Shown: piece after piece, positions 18,632 to 34,590 of the stretch
How positions within the stretch are numbered: position 1 is the first letter of the stretch
Layout of the letters: each line of letters starts with the position of its first letter
DNA from: Eledone cirrhosa
Taxonomy: Eukaryota
Assembly (NCBI GenBank): GCA_964016885.1
Contig: OZ024747.1
Coordinates: 66,030,001 to 66,094,000, forward strand
Length of the DNA: 64,000 bases
Reading direction: 5' to 3'
Notes under the pieces: model-generated
What the model was told of the DNA's origin: nothing
The model's database searches: none
The model's input: the letters and a program-made list of their open reading frames with translations, nothing else
Program-made: the position numbers and the translations under genes

Positions 18632-20130
18632 AATATAAAAGAGACAAATATATACATACACCAGGCCCGAGCACAAAGGAACCAAACTCCCACTATCACT
18701 ACCTCTGTCTCTCCCAAACTCTCACTATTATGAGTAAATGGGGGCCCATGCGCTGGCCACCCCGCGGCCCCGGCGGACAGAAGGCGTTTCCCCGGAGGAT
18801 GGGGAGGGAGATGCGGTGGAAGAGTCATTCCAGCTCGTGAAGCTGACACCTGCGGGTAGTCAACTCTGTACCGATGGTGGTGAGTAGGAAAGTGGCCCTA
18901 GGGTCAAGAATACCAGAAGTCTCCATCATTAGGCATTTAAGAATTTCTTTATTTACATCATTCATTTAATATAAAATTGTTACTTGGTAACTTTTCATAC
19001 TCTTATTGATTTTATAGTCCACCTGGGGATATTAAAAAAATAATTAACGATATCATAGAAACTGGCCGCAGGAACGGAATCTAGTCGTTATGTGAGGAAT
19101 TCGTTTACAGACCAATCTTCGTCACAACCACGGTCGTTAACGGAGGAGTCATGTATGTAAGGTTCTTGGTGAGGAGGGTGACTTTGGACATCCTGCAGGA
19201 CTAAAAACAAAACCTGTCAAAGGGCAAAGGAGCTCTTAAGAGTCAATGGCCATCCAAAATCACCGGGAGAGATGACCCCTTAGCCTTTGTCATGGCAGAA
19301 TTCTAGGAGAAGGAAAACTCTGATATAACACCTGCAACCCTGATGGTATCCAATGATGTTGACTTGTTCTTCTTTTTGGTAAATATCATCTTGGTTAAGA
19401 GAGTGGGACTGGCTTTGTGCAGTGCCTTTGCTCACTATAAAAGCTTCACGGCACAGGCATTGCTTTATATCTGGAGATCTCTCTGCACTTGTCGTCACAT
19501 GGTACCATAGGACCAGCACTATGTGTCAATAATTGTCACAAGTGTAGTGTTTGTACCAGAGTTTTCAAGTCGCTGGTTGGACTAAAATGTCACACTTGTT
19601 CAGCGCATCACTAGGGGTTCTCTTACATGGATATGAAGTAGTGGCCGTACTCGAAAACGAGTTGGCAGCCACCATGTATGTATGTGTGTGTGTGTGTATG
19701 TATATGTGTGTATGTGTGTATGTATGTGTTTATGTGTGTATGTATGTATGTGTGTACGTATGTATGTATGTGCGTATGTATGTATGTATATATGTATTAT
19801 ATTAGATAGTGTTTGAATTCATTTTTCTCTTTCTTTATATATAAGACTGTGTAATTGTATCCATGTGTTTGTCTTTTTATATCTTTCTCTCTCTCACCTC
19901 CCTCTCTCTATATATATGTTTTGATATAAATATTAGTTGATTGTCTATGTTGTATTTTATCCCCGCAAACAACGAACTATGGTATAATCGTTATTTAATA
20001 AATTGAAGTATGTTATGAAAACATAGTAAGTACTATATGCATTCACATACACATACATATAAATATATAGTACTTAGTAAAATCCTTTTGGCGGGTGCGC
20101 AAGAATACCCCACGTATATATATATATATA

Positions 20131-20244
20131 CGAAACGGCAGGAGCTCAGCCGTCGGGGTCCTGACTCCTTTCCTATTACCCAATCTACTACCATAAGTAT
20201 CGATTACTCTGGGTCCACCTGGTTCCTTACCACACGTTCTTTGT

Positions 20245-20245
<1 letters not shown>
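20131..20245 (+). mobile_element. Family A copy without inverted arm
   Basis: Starts at CGAAACGGC..GCCGTCGGGGTC and carries the family A tail; (TA)n on both sides. Confidence 0.75.
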
Positions 20246-20323
<78 letters not shown>

Positions 20324-20335
20324 ACACACACACAT

Positions 20336-20366
<31 letters not shown>

Positions 20367-20760
20367 CTAGCAGTGGTACCCGGCGTTGCACGTGATGAGG
20401 TATTTTGGAACGCGGGTCGCCACAACAAAAATGCAGGTTTCACCTAATGCGCGCCCTAGTGGAAAAAAAAAAAAAAAAAATTTTTATGTTTATAATATGC
20501 CTTGAAATTTAGGGAAAATCGGCTAGACGTAACACCTCAAAAAAGCAATAAAAAGCTGAAAAAATGAAGTTTTTCACCTAATGCGGTCCCTAGGCTATAA
20601 AAAAGTTGGATTTTCTTTGCTCACGGTATGAAGAAGAGACTGACTAATACATAGTTACAATTTCAGAGAAATTGGTCTGACGTAACGCCTAAAAAACCCC
20701 TAAAAAGTTGAAAAAACTGGATAGAAAAATTGACAGACATCCTCAGTTTTATATATGGAG
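20367..20760 (-). mobile_element. Non-autonomous Helitron
   Basis: On -: 5' TC(C)ATATATAAAACTGAGGATGTCTGTC; 3' GC-rich hairpin (CGTGCAACGCCGGG) then CTAG|T. Confidence 0.7.
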
Positions 20761-21547
20761 ACACAACTATACATACATTACCACATACTTATATATGTAT
20801 ACACATATACATCTGGATGAGGAACATATTCTAACACACACAAAGAATATGTATCAAATATACGCATATATATATATATAAATACACACTCGCATACAAT
20901 TGTGTGATGCATTTCACTGTACAATTATCAAATTGCTTATACATTCCTCAATATACAATACCGAAAACTATATATGTGAATGTTTGGATTTGAATGTGTG
21001 AATGCGTGTATGTGTGTGAGTGTGTGAGTGAGTGTGTTAGTGCGTGCGTGTGAGTGAATGTGTGCGTGTGTGCGAGTGTCTATGAATGTGTGTGAATGTG
21101 TGTGTGTGTGTGTGAATGTGTGTGTGTGTGAGTGTCTTTGAATGTGTGTGAATGTGTGTGTATTTGTGTGTGTGTCAGTGTCTGTGTGTGTGTGTAAGTG
21201 TGTGAATGTGTGTGTGTGTGTGTGTGTGAATTTGTGTGTGTGTGAGTGGGTGAGTGTGTGTGTGTGCGTGGCATTATGAATGCACTATAGCTTGATTTTC
21301 ATAATATCTTAATATTCATTTGCTAACAAGGAATACAACGAAAAAAAAAATGTCAATCCAATCTTAGTTTACCAGTATACTAACCCCATTCAGTATATTT
21401 GCTATATATACTGTGTCATGTAAAAATCATACCTGTTACATGATCAGCGGCAATCCGCGAAAAGCAAAGTGTAATCTAAGTAATATACTAAATATACCTT
21501 ATTTTGATATTGAACACTTTTCTTTGTAATTGTAAACAAAAACGTAC

Positions 21548-21693
<146 letters not shown>

Positions 21694-22366
21694 ACACACA
21701 GACACACACACACACACGCGCACACACACATACATAAATATCATAGATAGAGTAAAAGACTATTTTGAATTTCTAAGTCAATCTATGATATTCTCGGCTC
21801 CATACGTGGAGCTAACTCTAGTCTCATAAAACGGCTGCTATTTTTAGCGGCATGAGTATGAGACGCGCTAGACGCTGCAACATTTGCTTTTATATCAACA
21901 CATAGTTCAGTCTTCTTAGATCTTTTGAAGTGAAAGGTACGAATTTCCTGGATACCCGCAAAAGAGCACAGGAATGGTGGCTTTCACTTAATAATTCTTG
22001 CGTAACAGATTTTAGATCTGTCCGGGTATCAAAGGCATTTGCCCGATATAGGTTTGTTATTTTTATTTTTATTGATTTATTACTTTAAATCGAGACAGGT
22101 AAACCATATTGTTTTAAATTAGTATTTTTTCAACCTAGCTAACTTGGTCATTTGCAATTCGAACACATCTATACTTGTATCGGTGTTCATCCCTCTCATA
22201 TATTCAATTGTATATATATATATATATATATTTATGTATATATGTATATATATATGATGATTTCCTCCGAATGAAACAGTAGAAGCCATTTCTATAATAA
22301 ATATTTATACTCTGCTATGTATTGAGTACCTTACTTACTGTGGTTACTCCCGACTGAACCCGGGAT

Positions 22367-22700
<334 letters not shown>

Positions 22701-22722
22701 GGAAGACAGGAAGACGATACTT

Positions 22723-23007
22723 TGGTTCGTGGAAACGTTCCCTGGCAAAGAACGGAAAAAAATTGAAGATAATACGTTATTATTTGGTTCAGTGAAAACA
22801 ATTACACGCGAAGACAAAACCACGTTTATGGTATAAATGAAGTCGTAGACTTATATTCTATTAGGTGGTTCGTAGAGACGTTCCCTGGCAATGAACTAAA
22901 AAAACGAAGATAATACATCATTATGTGGGGCAATGAGAACAATTACACGCAAAGACAAAACCACGTAAATGGTATAACTGAAGTCGTAGACTAAAATTCT
23001 ATTTAGG
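22723..23007. repeat. Two-copy tandem repeat, 143-bp unit
   Basis: TGGTTCGT..ACGTTCCCTGGCAA starts at 22723 and 22866. Confidence 0.85.
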
Positions 23008-23694
23008 AAACCGAATGATTCTCGGCTTCAGAGTTAAGAATAAAGTAAATAAAATAAAAATATTTTTTATGTGTATTTGGTGTATACGTTCGTATGTGTG
23101 CGATACAGGCGTTGCGTGGGTTCTGTATGTGCGTGTGTGTGTGTGTTTTTTTTAGTACGTGCTTGTACGAGCTTATTTCCTTATCATATATATGACTAAC
23201 GCATGTGCATTCTCTACACGCTTGAATATGTACTTCATTCTCATTGCCTCTTTAATTATTAGACTATTCTCTTGTATTATCTGTCGCATGTATTCCACTC
23301 TGTGCTTTTAATTTGAATTTGAATTTGAATTATTGTACAATTCTCGCATCCATTACACCCTGTAAATACTAAACTGTTGTTCACAACATCAATATATATG
23401 TATCTATATGATTGTTCAGTTGAATAAGAGGTTAATTATATGTACAAACATAATGCTCCGATGATTCCAAACTAAAATTTGGAAGAAACAATTGTCAGCG
23501 ATTAAATGATTTGAACATAACTTTGATACTTGTGTAATTTGTATATGTATATATATATGTGAAGTAATTCCGTCGGAAAGGTCCAGGAAAAAAGAGTGCT
23601 CTATGTAGGTTACAGAGCTTAATAGTTATGTAATAAACAACATAAGATAATTATTTCATTTACCAGTGGTTTCTTGAAATATATATATATATAC

Positions 23695-23828
23695 AGATTC
23701 CTGATGATTTCTAAAGAATGAAACAGTTCTAGTCCCGAGGAATCTCATCTATATTAACACTTTTATACTCTGCTATGTATTGAGTACCTTACTTACTGTG
23801 GTTACCTCCGATCCAACCCGGAATAACT

Positions 23829-23830
<2 letters not shown>
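23695..23830 (+). mobile_element. Solo pseudo-LTR end (family D) starting at the HHR; related copies at 22254-22368 and 44865-44915
   Basis: AGATTC-CTGATGA-TTTC..GAAT-GAAACAG.. and tail TACTCTGCTATGTATTGAGTACC, matching the 3' end of the PLE at 34826-34960. Confidence 0.8.
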
Positions 23831-23901
<71 letters not shown>

Positions 23902-24160
23902 AGAGTATTGAAGTTTGCTTGAAGCATTGTGGAATAATAGGTAAATATCTTAAATATATTTAAGTCGTTTGGAAGCCTCGACAATGCAAATGGGTAAATC
24001 TCCGGGTAACAAGATCCGGTGGTGGAGAGAGAGATGTAAGTGGGTGTACGTTGAGATGCGTTGTGTGTATAAGACGTGTAGAAGAATGAAGGAAAGAGTA
24101 TAAAGGATAAAATAAAAATAAGAATACGAGAGAGAGTTACCTTGGGAGAGATTTAATTGT

Positions 24161-24196
24161 CCCTATATATTTCGGATTCACATCCATCAACTGGGG
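24161..24196 (-). ncRNA. Degenerate minimal HHR
   Basis: On -: CCC-CAGTTGA-T-GGAT-GTGA-ATCC-GAAA-TATATA-GGG; core has two substitutions. Confidence 0.4.
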
Positions 24197-24698
24197 TTTT
24201 TTTCCGGGGTGGGGGAAAGGTTGTCTGTAGGAAAGGTGCGAAACGCGTCCTCCGCTGTTTGTTGTTTTGAATATCTGAGGTATTCAGCAGAGCGCGCGTG
24301 CGCGTGAAATGGGTTCGGTCGGGCAGAGGTCAGCGGCCGAATGTGGGAGTGAGGTGGTGCTAGCTGTCAGTCCATTCTCTGCCTGTTTGTTAGATGTTAC
24401 TGTGTGTGTGTGTGCGTGTGTTGTTGTCTCGCTTGAGTGTGTGTGTGTTGTTGCCTTGTTCCTCTGTATTGGCAGTGTAGTATGTTCGTATGGTGGAATG
24501 CTACTGTGTGTGTGTGCGTGTGTAGTTGTTTCGTTTGTGTGTGTGTGTGTGTGTGTGTGTTTCTTCTTCTTCTTCTTCTTCTAGGTTAATTTTTTCGCCT
24601 GACCGTAAGTTATAATTCTTTCATGATTTAATAGTCCAGTTGCTTATTGTTGTTCGTTTTGAAATCTGAAATGTTTACACGTATAAACAAATATAAAT

Positions 24699-24813
<115 letters not shown>

Positions 24814-25052
24814 TATTCAGCTGTATCATTAGTTATTAGTTTGTACGTCAAATTTCTTTCGTCATACTTTCTGTGACCTCCTCAATGACTATTTGTTTTC
24901 CTCTGTGCCTCCTCTTCTTCCTGCACTTCTATTTTTTTGTTTACTCTTTTTGTTTGCGGTCCGTTTCAATATTAGCAACATAACCATCTCTAAATATATC
25001 AATATCTGTTTCAATACCCCCGATTTCATAAAACAAATACATATATATGTAG

Positions 25053-25192
25053 ACACATGGCTTAGTGGTTAGAACATTGGGCTTGCAATCGAAAGGTTGT
25101 GAGTTCAATTCTCGGACCGGGTGATGTGTTGTTTCCTTGAGCAAGACACTTTATTTTATGTTGCTCCAGTTTACTCAGCTGTAGAAATGAGA
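25053..25192 (+). mobile_element. tRNA-derived SINE, family 1
   Basis: A box TGGCTTAGTGG, B box GAGTTCAATTC, then CCTTGAGCAAGACACTT..GTTGCTCCAGT; other copies at 31699, 55213 and 57168. Confidence 0.85.
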
Positions 25193-25288
25193 AGATAGGA
25201 CTGGGGTCCCTATCATTAAATCACCCAAGACACCTCCAACGAGATATACCTCGGAGGAGGCCAGCTAAACCTGCATAGGTATGAGCTG

Positions 25289-25369
<81 letters not shown>

Positions 25370-25842
25370 GATGGAAAAACGGATATCAGCAGGTGTGAGA
25401 ATCGAACCCATACCTTTTTGACATAAATGTGCTAGACTGATTACATATCCACGGATGCTAATGCCCACGTTTTCTGTTATACGGTTCATATGTTCTAATA
25501 TATAAAATTTTATAAGCCCGTGTTAATTAGAATATAATGACGATTAAAGATAAGATTTTGAAAATAGCATTAGAAGCATTCACCGTATATTGACTACAGA
25601 AAATAGTCTGATATTAGAACATGGTATGGTATAGTATAGACCCGTAACTAGTGAGGGAATCGTAGGGGCGCCATATTGACAATCGGCGTTCCTAGGGCAT
25701 TCTTTAAACCTGGCGGAGCCCATCTCCTCTCAAAGCCTAAATACAGCAGATTTCTTTCAGGGAAGGAAAGAGAGAGTGAGAGTAAGGAAGTGAGAAAGAG
25801 ATATAGAGAAAGAATCGACTCCAGTATTTCACTGCTACTTTT

Positions 25843-25950
25843 TTTTCATCGAGCATGAATGGATGAAAGGCAAAGTTGACCTCGGCGGGATTTGAATTCA
25901 GGGAGCAGAGAGCCAGAATGACAACTGCAAAGTATTCTATCCGACGTTCT
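25843..25950 (-). mobile_element. tRNA-derived SINE, family 2 (partial)
   Basis: GGATGAAAGGCAAAGTTGACCTCGGCGGGATTTGAA. Confidence 0.75.
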
Positions 25951-26519
25951 AATACACCCCATTAATAAAACCCACTGAACTAATAAGAAATGTATTATAT
26001 GTAGAATAAATCCACAAATAAATTGTAAAACTAGAAATGTAGTCTATAGCAAATCAGAGAAGTTGAACAGAAAAAATGAATGGAATAACAACAACAACCA
26101 TACACAAACACACAATACTGAACTAAGATAAATATAAATAAATGTACACTGGTACAATAACAACAACCACACATAAACACACACTAGTGAACAAAGATAG
26201 AATACAAATACACACAGATTCAGACACAAACACACACCAAACAGAAAACACACATAAACGCATTCACAAACAGAGACAAGAATAAATAAATAAAAATAAA
26301 TAAATAAATAAATAAAAACAAAGATGGCGTAGACATTACAATACAACGGGAGGAAACATAATAGTACTGATGATGTCATAGGTGCGTGATGAAAGAAATT
26401 TGATAGACTATATATCTTTATTTTTAACCGTTGGTCAATCAATGATAAACATTGATTGCCAGCTAGATTAACTATATGGATATAAAAGATACAGAAGCGA
26501 AAACCAATCCCAACCAAAC

Positions 26520-26706
26520 AGTATGGAGTTATCGGTAGAGCGTCAGACACCATGCTTTACAGCATAGAGTTACGGCCCTTTAAGTTCTGAGTTCAAATCC
26601 CGCCGAGGTTAACTTTGCCTTTCATCCTTACGGGGTTGATAAAATAAAGTACCAGTAATGCATTGAGATAATTGCTGGCCTTGTGCCAAAAGTAGAAACA
26701 ATTATT
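26520..26706 (+). mobile_element. tRNA-derived SINE, family 2
   Basis: B box GAGTTCAAATCC, central CCGAGGTTAACTTTGCCTTTCATCCTT, 3' GGCCTTGTGCCAAAAGTAGAAACAATTATT. Confidence 0.88.
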
Positions 26707-26792
26707 TTTCTGGCAATATTATAAGAATATGACCCTCCCCAAATATAACAATATTCGTTTCAACACACGATTTCATATCAAAAACCTTGGAA

Positions 26793-26868
<76 letters not shown>

Positions 26869-27486
26869 AACTTAAGAAAAAAAAAACAAAGAGAGAACAG
26901 GACAACGAACGAAAAACAATTTTTTAAGGGAAAATCCTTAAAATCTTTTTTAATAGAAATACAAACGAAAGACATAACTCCAGGGTCATCGGCCGTTGAG
27001 GTGGACTTTGGCAATTTCGACCCCTACCAACGGTACTGCTAGCCCACCCGGAGTTACAGCGTCTGACACAAGCCAAACGCTGTCCAGTGGAGTAAGAGAC
27101 GAGAGACAAAACATTAATCTATAGTAAGCACACACAGAATTTTATAAGGAAGTGTGAATTAGAACATAATGACGATTGAAGATAAGATTTTGAAAATAGA
27201 ATTAGAAGCATTCACCGTATATTGACTACAGACAACTATAACATCATTTTCACCCGTCTGCCGTCAATCTAAAATAGGTACTGTGATTTCAACTTGATTA
27301 TAAACGGTATCGTTGGCTCATTTCATGATTTCAGAAGATAGAGGAGAATTTTCCCCATCCTCTGATAATGAGATGCATTAGACAATAGAAAAATGTGCGA
27401 TAGATGTACGGAAAATACACAGTGGAAGAGAATAGAGCATAAACAAACGAATGTAATGTCTACTGATAAATGTCAGAATTAATTAA

Positions 27487-27678
27487 ATAATTGTTTCTAC
27501 TTTTGGCACAAGGCCAGTAATAACCCAGTACATTACTGGTACTTTATTTTATCGACCCCGTAAGGATGAAAGGCAAAGTTAACCTCGGCGGGATTTGAAC
27601 TCAGAATGGCAAGGGCCGTAACTCTATGCGTCAAAGCATGGCGTCCGACGCCTCTACCGATACTGCCAATCCACCACC
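27487..27678 (-). mobile_element. tRNA-derived SINE, family 2
   Basis: Near reverse complement of 61688-61877. Confidence 0.88.
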
Positions 27679-28574
27679 AGAATTAATTAAATAATAAAAG
27701 AAGGTAAGAACAATTAAACGTTCTAAGGAAATCCTGTCTGGGTCTTACGACCGAGACAAGAACTGGTACACCGAATGCAGAACAATAATCGTATAAAAAT
27801 AGATTGAAAACAAGTGTACAAGAGAAAAGAAAGAGCTTGTTGCTCATGTCGTGTACGAAGAAAGAATGACAGGAAACGAAGACAAGGATAATTTAAGGAA
27901 GCTATCGGAAGGAAAGTTATTGGATAGAGAGAAGAAAGACAAAGTGAGAGGAGGAAGAGAGGGAAAGAGAGAGTGTGAGAGAGAGATGATGAGAGTGTGA
28001 GAGAAAGGGAGAAAGAGGGAGAGAGAGAGAGGGAGAGAAAGAGAGAGAGAGAGAGAGGGAGATGGAGAGAAAGAGACAGAGAGAGGGAGAGAGGGGGAGA
28101 GAGAGGGAGAAAACATTCAGAGAAGATTGTCACGGAATTAACACGGAAGATTGTTAGGAAAAAAATCATGTTTGCTTTATTGTAAATAAATTATTGCCAA
28201 AAGCATCTACATTTGTATACATATACTCCCCACACGCATACTTACATCCCTCTCTCTCTCTCTCTATATATATATATAATTATTATTCTGGGCTTCTGCA
28301 AGGGCATCCGCTACTGGGGCGCTCTCAAATCTTTGATGATTTAGGTTTCATGTTTTGGGTGCTATAGTAGCTGATTTTTACTGTATGTCGGTTAAAAATT
28401 GGTCTATACTTATGGTCTATAGAAAAGCGCTTATCAATAAGGGCTAATAATTTTTTACGTACGTTGGTTTTAATATTGAACGAGAATGGAGGGGAAAACT
28501 ATATTATTGGTTTCTTTCAATTTTTCTTGCTATCGGTAAAGCCGTAATCATGTCCTCTGGATTAGCAGTGCAAT

Positions 28575-29110
28575 ACACTCGCGGTGTTATATGAAGCTGA
28601 GGTAACTTTCATCCAATCAAATTAGCAGCAGGGTGTCAAGACATATTTGGGTATATCGGAAGGGCGCTTCAAAAACCACTTACTAAACCACGAAACGATT
28701 TTTAGGTACAAAGTTAAACGTACAGCCACAAAGCTGGCAAGTAACGTCTGGTCCCTCAAAGCTGCCGGTGCGGACTTTTCCAGTAAATGGAAAATCCTGG
28801 AAAGATCAAGTCCTTACCCTAACGCTATATCTTTTCAGCCGGCATACTAGATTTCCCAACCATAAGTATGAACATGTTCCTTCTATTTTTCTCAAGACTA
28901 AATAAGGGTTATCCCCCTTTATCTAACTCACAATTGGAGGCAACCAAGTTCTCCCACACCTATGGGAACTCTCCATGAGAAATATGTCGAATTGACGAGC
29001 TAGCGAAGTAAAACCTTCCTTAGCGAAACGTGTGTATTCGACAAATGAAAATGTGAAAATATATATTACAACACGTCTCTCTTACGGAGTGTTCTTTTGA
29101 CTTTGGATAT
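28575..29110 (+). mobile_element. Degenerate PLE 3' end: GIY-YIG fragment followed by HHR
   Basis: GVIYEAEV..TYLGISEGRFKNHLLNH..LASNVWSLK..KWKILERS; HHR at 28984-29043. Confidence 0.75.
28984..29043 (+). ncRNA. Type I HHR (UUGACGA core)
   Basis: TGTCGAA-TTGACGA-GCTA..TAGC-GAAAC-GTGT-GTA-TTCGACA. Confidence 0.7.
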
Positions 29111-29608
29111 ATTTTTACTGACCAATTTCTGCTGCCATGGGCTCTTTAAAGGTGTAAATGTCAAGGTTATTTTGTGCTGGGATTGTGTTTTTTTTTAATA
29201 ATACAAAGTCACATACACAGGCTCCTGTCTGCTTTAGCCTATTGAGATTTCGTGTTGGTGCTTTTAGAAAGTAAATTCCAAACTTAGTAATTGTCTCCTC
29301 ATTAAAGTATATTCTACATTAATTGCAAATTTGCTACCAGCATTATAACATCTTCTTGAAGACGTTTAGTTAATTATCGTTATACAAACAATACGTTAGT
29401 CCATAGATATAAAAGAACAACAAATCTTTAAGAGTTGCGTTGCTAATTCACGGCATCTCTACTTCGAATATCTCAGTTATGAACATTCATTCCTCCTTCA
29501 ACCATTCGTTCCTTCCTTCCTGCATTCCATCATTGAGGCTGCAATGGAGTATATAACCAGCTACAAATATCTCTTACTCACTTTCCCTATATATTTCTCT
29601 ATTTTTCT

Positions 29609-29745
<137 letters not shown>

Positions 29746-30103
29746 AGAATGAAAAAGGAAGAATTTCGTATGTTTAGGACGTGGTAAGAAAGACACAAAA
29801 GGAGAAGAAAGCAGATTAAAGTTCAAGTAAAACTTTCAAATTCAAACGTTTTCACATATAAACGGGCAATGAAATTGAATAATCTTTTGTACTATACACT
29901 CTATGTTAGTATATGTATATATGTATATGTACCGATATATAAAATAGAGCGAACTCGCTCGCTTACAGATAGCGTATTTGTCTATTTACACAGACACAGA
30001 TAGAAAACAGAGAGAAACGTATATATATATATTGTCATATATTACTCACTACCATGACTGCATCTTAACCATCTACTATGTCAGGGTATGTCAAGCATCA
30101 TCT

Positions 30104-30170
30104 TATTTTATCTGATGAGAACGTACTGTTGATCTTAACTCAGTACCTCTGAAATATGTATAATAAAATA
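30104..30170 (+). ncRNA. HHR-like motif, family E
   Basis: TTTAT-CTGATGA-(GTACTG/CAGTAC stem II)-GAAATATGTATA-ATAAA. Confidence 0.6.
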
Positions 30171-30245
30171 TACTTGATCACAAGAATATCTATTTTGTTA
30201 ATATTTTGAATTAATATTAATAAGTCTGGAAAACCTTATATATAT

Positions 30246-30636
30246 AGTAATAATAATAAATTTGAAGACTATAATCCAAAGAGGGCTCGATAAGGATAAA
30301 TATATATCAAATATAGAATAACCGTAGAGCAAATATTTATTAAAATAACAGATTAAAGTTTAAGCAAAGAATCGCTGCTTTCACCCTTAACGGGATCTTT
30401 TGAAACTAAAAAAATCAATCTGTGAACGCAGAAGTAAATATTTCGAAAAACGTTGTGTAGAAATATTCAGATATTGTTTCTGCATGATGAATAGTAATAA
30501 TAATAAATTTGAAGACTAAAATCCAAAGAGGGCTCGATAAGGATAAATATATATCAATTATATAAGAACCGTAGAGCAATTATTTATTAAAATAACAGAT
30601 TAAAGTTTAAGCAAAGAATCGCTGCTTTCACCCTTA
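30246..30636 (-). mobile_element. Two tandem family B copies (30246-30450 and 30493-30636)
   Basis: Direct repeat of AGTAATAATAATAAATTTGAAGACT..GCTTTCACCCTTA. Confidence 0.8.
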
Positions 30637-30737
30637 TATATATATATAAACAAGAAGTGTAAATAAACAGGTTAAAATTACCTTCGAAGTTAATATTCAC
30701 TGCTATATATATACTCAAATTTATATACACACACACG

Positions 30738-30836
<99 letters not shown>

Positions 30837-30842
30837 TCTATT

Positions 30843-31090
30843 CTAGGGCGGGTAAAATTCCCGAGATCCATGGACGAGTTCTCTCCAGCGGTCTCTGTCC
30901 CTCATTATCGCTGCCATGTCCTGCGTCTCCAACAGACCAGTGTCTGTCCTTAGGGCATCAATATACGTTAATCTTGGTCTTCCTCTTCCAGTGTGTCCAT
31001 GTAGGGGCTCCAACAGGAGCACTGAGTGCAATGTCAACTCTGGATACCGGTGAGCATGTCCAGCTAACCTCAGTCTCCTCTGTGTCACTT
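30843..31090 (-). mobile_element. RTE-clade LINE 3' fragment
   Basis: RRLRLAGH..GRGRPRLTYIDAL..DRDRWR. Confidence 0.8.
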
Positions 31091-31132
31091 TTGAGAGAGA
31101 GAGAGAGCGAGAGAAAGAGAGAGGGGGGGGGG

Positions 31133-31682
<550 letters not shown>

Positions 31683-31698
31683 ACACACACACACACAC

Positions 31699-32000
31699 GC
31701 CGCGTGACTTTGTGGTTAAAATATTCTGTTCAGGATCGTAAGGTCGTGAGTTCGATTCTCGATGAGGTGCTGTGTTTTTAAGCAAAATGCTTTATTTCAT
31801 GTTGCTCCAGTCCACTCAGCTGGCAAACATTAGTTGTACCTGTAATTCGGAGAACCAGCCTCTGTGTCACGCTGAATCTCCCTGAGAACTACGTTAAGAG
31901 TACGAGTGTTTGTGGAATGCTCAACCACTTGCATGTTAATTTCGTGAGCAGGATGTTCCGTTGATCGTATCAAACAGAACGGTCGTCGTTGTAACCGACG
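31699..32000 (+). mobile_element. tRNA-derived SINE, family 1
   Basis: B box GAGTTCGATTC, then GTTGCTCCAGTCCACTCAGCTG. Confidence 0.8.
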
Positions 32001-32567
32001 AAATGCTGCTACTATACATGGCGTCATCAATAGTGTAGTGCCCCCGCCTGGTTTTGTTTCGTCTCAACTATCTTAATGCATATTTTACACAGAAAAAAAT
32101 TTCGTAGGTATAGATAACAACCATTTTTAATAAAATTGAAAAATGAATTGTCATTTGCACTCAAGGAAGATATCGGCAGAGGACTAAACTTGATTTATTT
32201 ATAGAAGACAACGTCACCATATAAACACTGTGACGATAAATATACAAACTTACAAGTATACTTGGATAAATACGCTGAAATATTGACACAGAGGCACATA
32301 CACGCACACTCTAAAATCTTGCGTAGACAGTGACATGCACACATGCACTTATTTTGCAAATCTCTGATTGTATGGTTGAACATTTTTTTTTTATACATGT
32401 AGGTTTGTGTATATATTATTTAATCTTGATTATGCTTTGCATTCGTGTGTATATATGTAAATACTGACACCGAACTTTATACCTTTTGAGTTATCTTTTG
32501 TTATCGTATTTTCTGATATATTTATAGTTTTTATCCTGGATTCATTTCGCTTATTTATTAAATAGAT

Positions 32568-32696
32568 TACCTTATTTCCAAAAAAAATCTACCATGCGAC
32601 CTGGAGGCCGAAGGTTGTTTATTATTTTTTTCAAATTTTTGGTTGTCAAAATTAGGGTGCGTCCTCCAGGCGTGTTCGGCGCTGGGAAATACAGTA
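32568..32696. mobile_element. Short Tc1/mariner(pogo)-type MITE remnant
   Basis: Imperfect TIRs TA|CCTTATTTCC and GGAAATACAG|TA; internal CCTGGAGG/CCTCCAGG inverted pair. Confidence 0.45.
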
Positions 32697-33275
32697 AGTA
32701 TTTTCTCGATTATTGCTATTTTGGCTGTTATGTTGTGTTTTAGGAACTAGACGTCTTGAGTTATTCATCTTGTATTCGTTTCACTTATTTCTTTAATGGC
32801 TTGGGTATTTTCTTCGTTATTAGTTTTTGTTTTTATGTTATGTCGTAAGATCTAGACTTCCAGAGGCGCGGCATCACATCAGCTAAATGGATAGTTTTGG
32901 GATCTAAGGTCAAGGGACTACGGTAGAAGGTGGAGCCTGGCCTATTACGTAATGGGATAGTAGTCGATGCAGATAATAATAACTTTGGCTTTATTATATA
33001 GAAACTACATAATATGACAGCTACAGCTTGATGACGTCTGTCTTCCCTATTATGTGGCTATTAAGGTCTGGTTGCATAAGCCGAGTTTGGGAGAATGGGT
33101 GGTCCGCGTTTGATTTGGTGAACCAGGAGGGTGAGTACGGTTTGTTTCGCAGGAGTCATGGGTATAGGTTGGCGTTCGGTTTAGGGTATTTGCTGAAGGT
33201 TAGTACACTGATTGGAGCAATAACGGTCTCATTTACGTATACCTATTTGCATACATAACACATACGCACGTTACA

Positions 33276-33353
<78 letters not shown>

Positions 33354-33359
33354 TACATA

Positions 33360-34343
<984 letters not shown>

Positions 34344-34362
34344 CAACTCTCCATAAAAGAAC

Positions 34363-34393
<31 letters not shown>

Positions 34394-34415
34394 CATACAT
34401 ACATACATACATACA

Positions 34416-34449
<34 letters not shown>

Positions 34450-34477
34450 CATATATACACATATATATATATATATA

Positions 34478-34565
34478 TGCCATATTTTTAATATGGTATC
34501 CCCGAAATATGTATAATGAAATAAATATGGTTTTATAAATATAGTTTCCATTTGTTTAATATCGT
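34478..34565 (+). mobile_element. Family C 3' fragment beginning inside HHR stem II
   Basis: Matches 9285-9370. Confidence 0.7.
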
Positions 34566-34590
34566 ATATATATATATATATATATATATA

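Noticed and set aside
25053-25125. tRNA gene
   Set aside because: A/B boxes run into a SINE body with several diverged copies; no clean cloverleaf.
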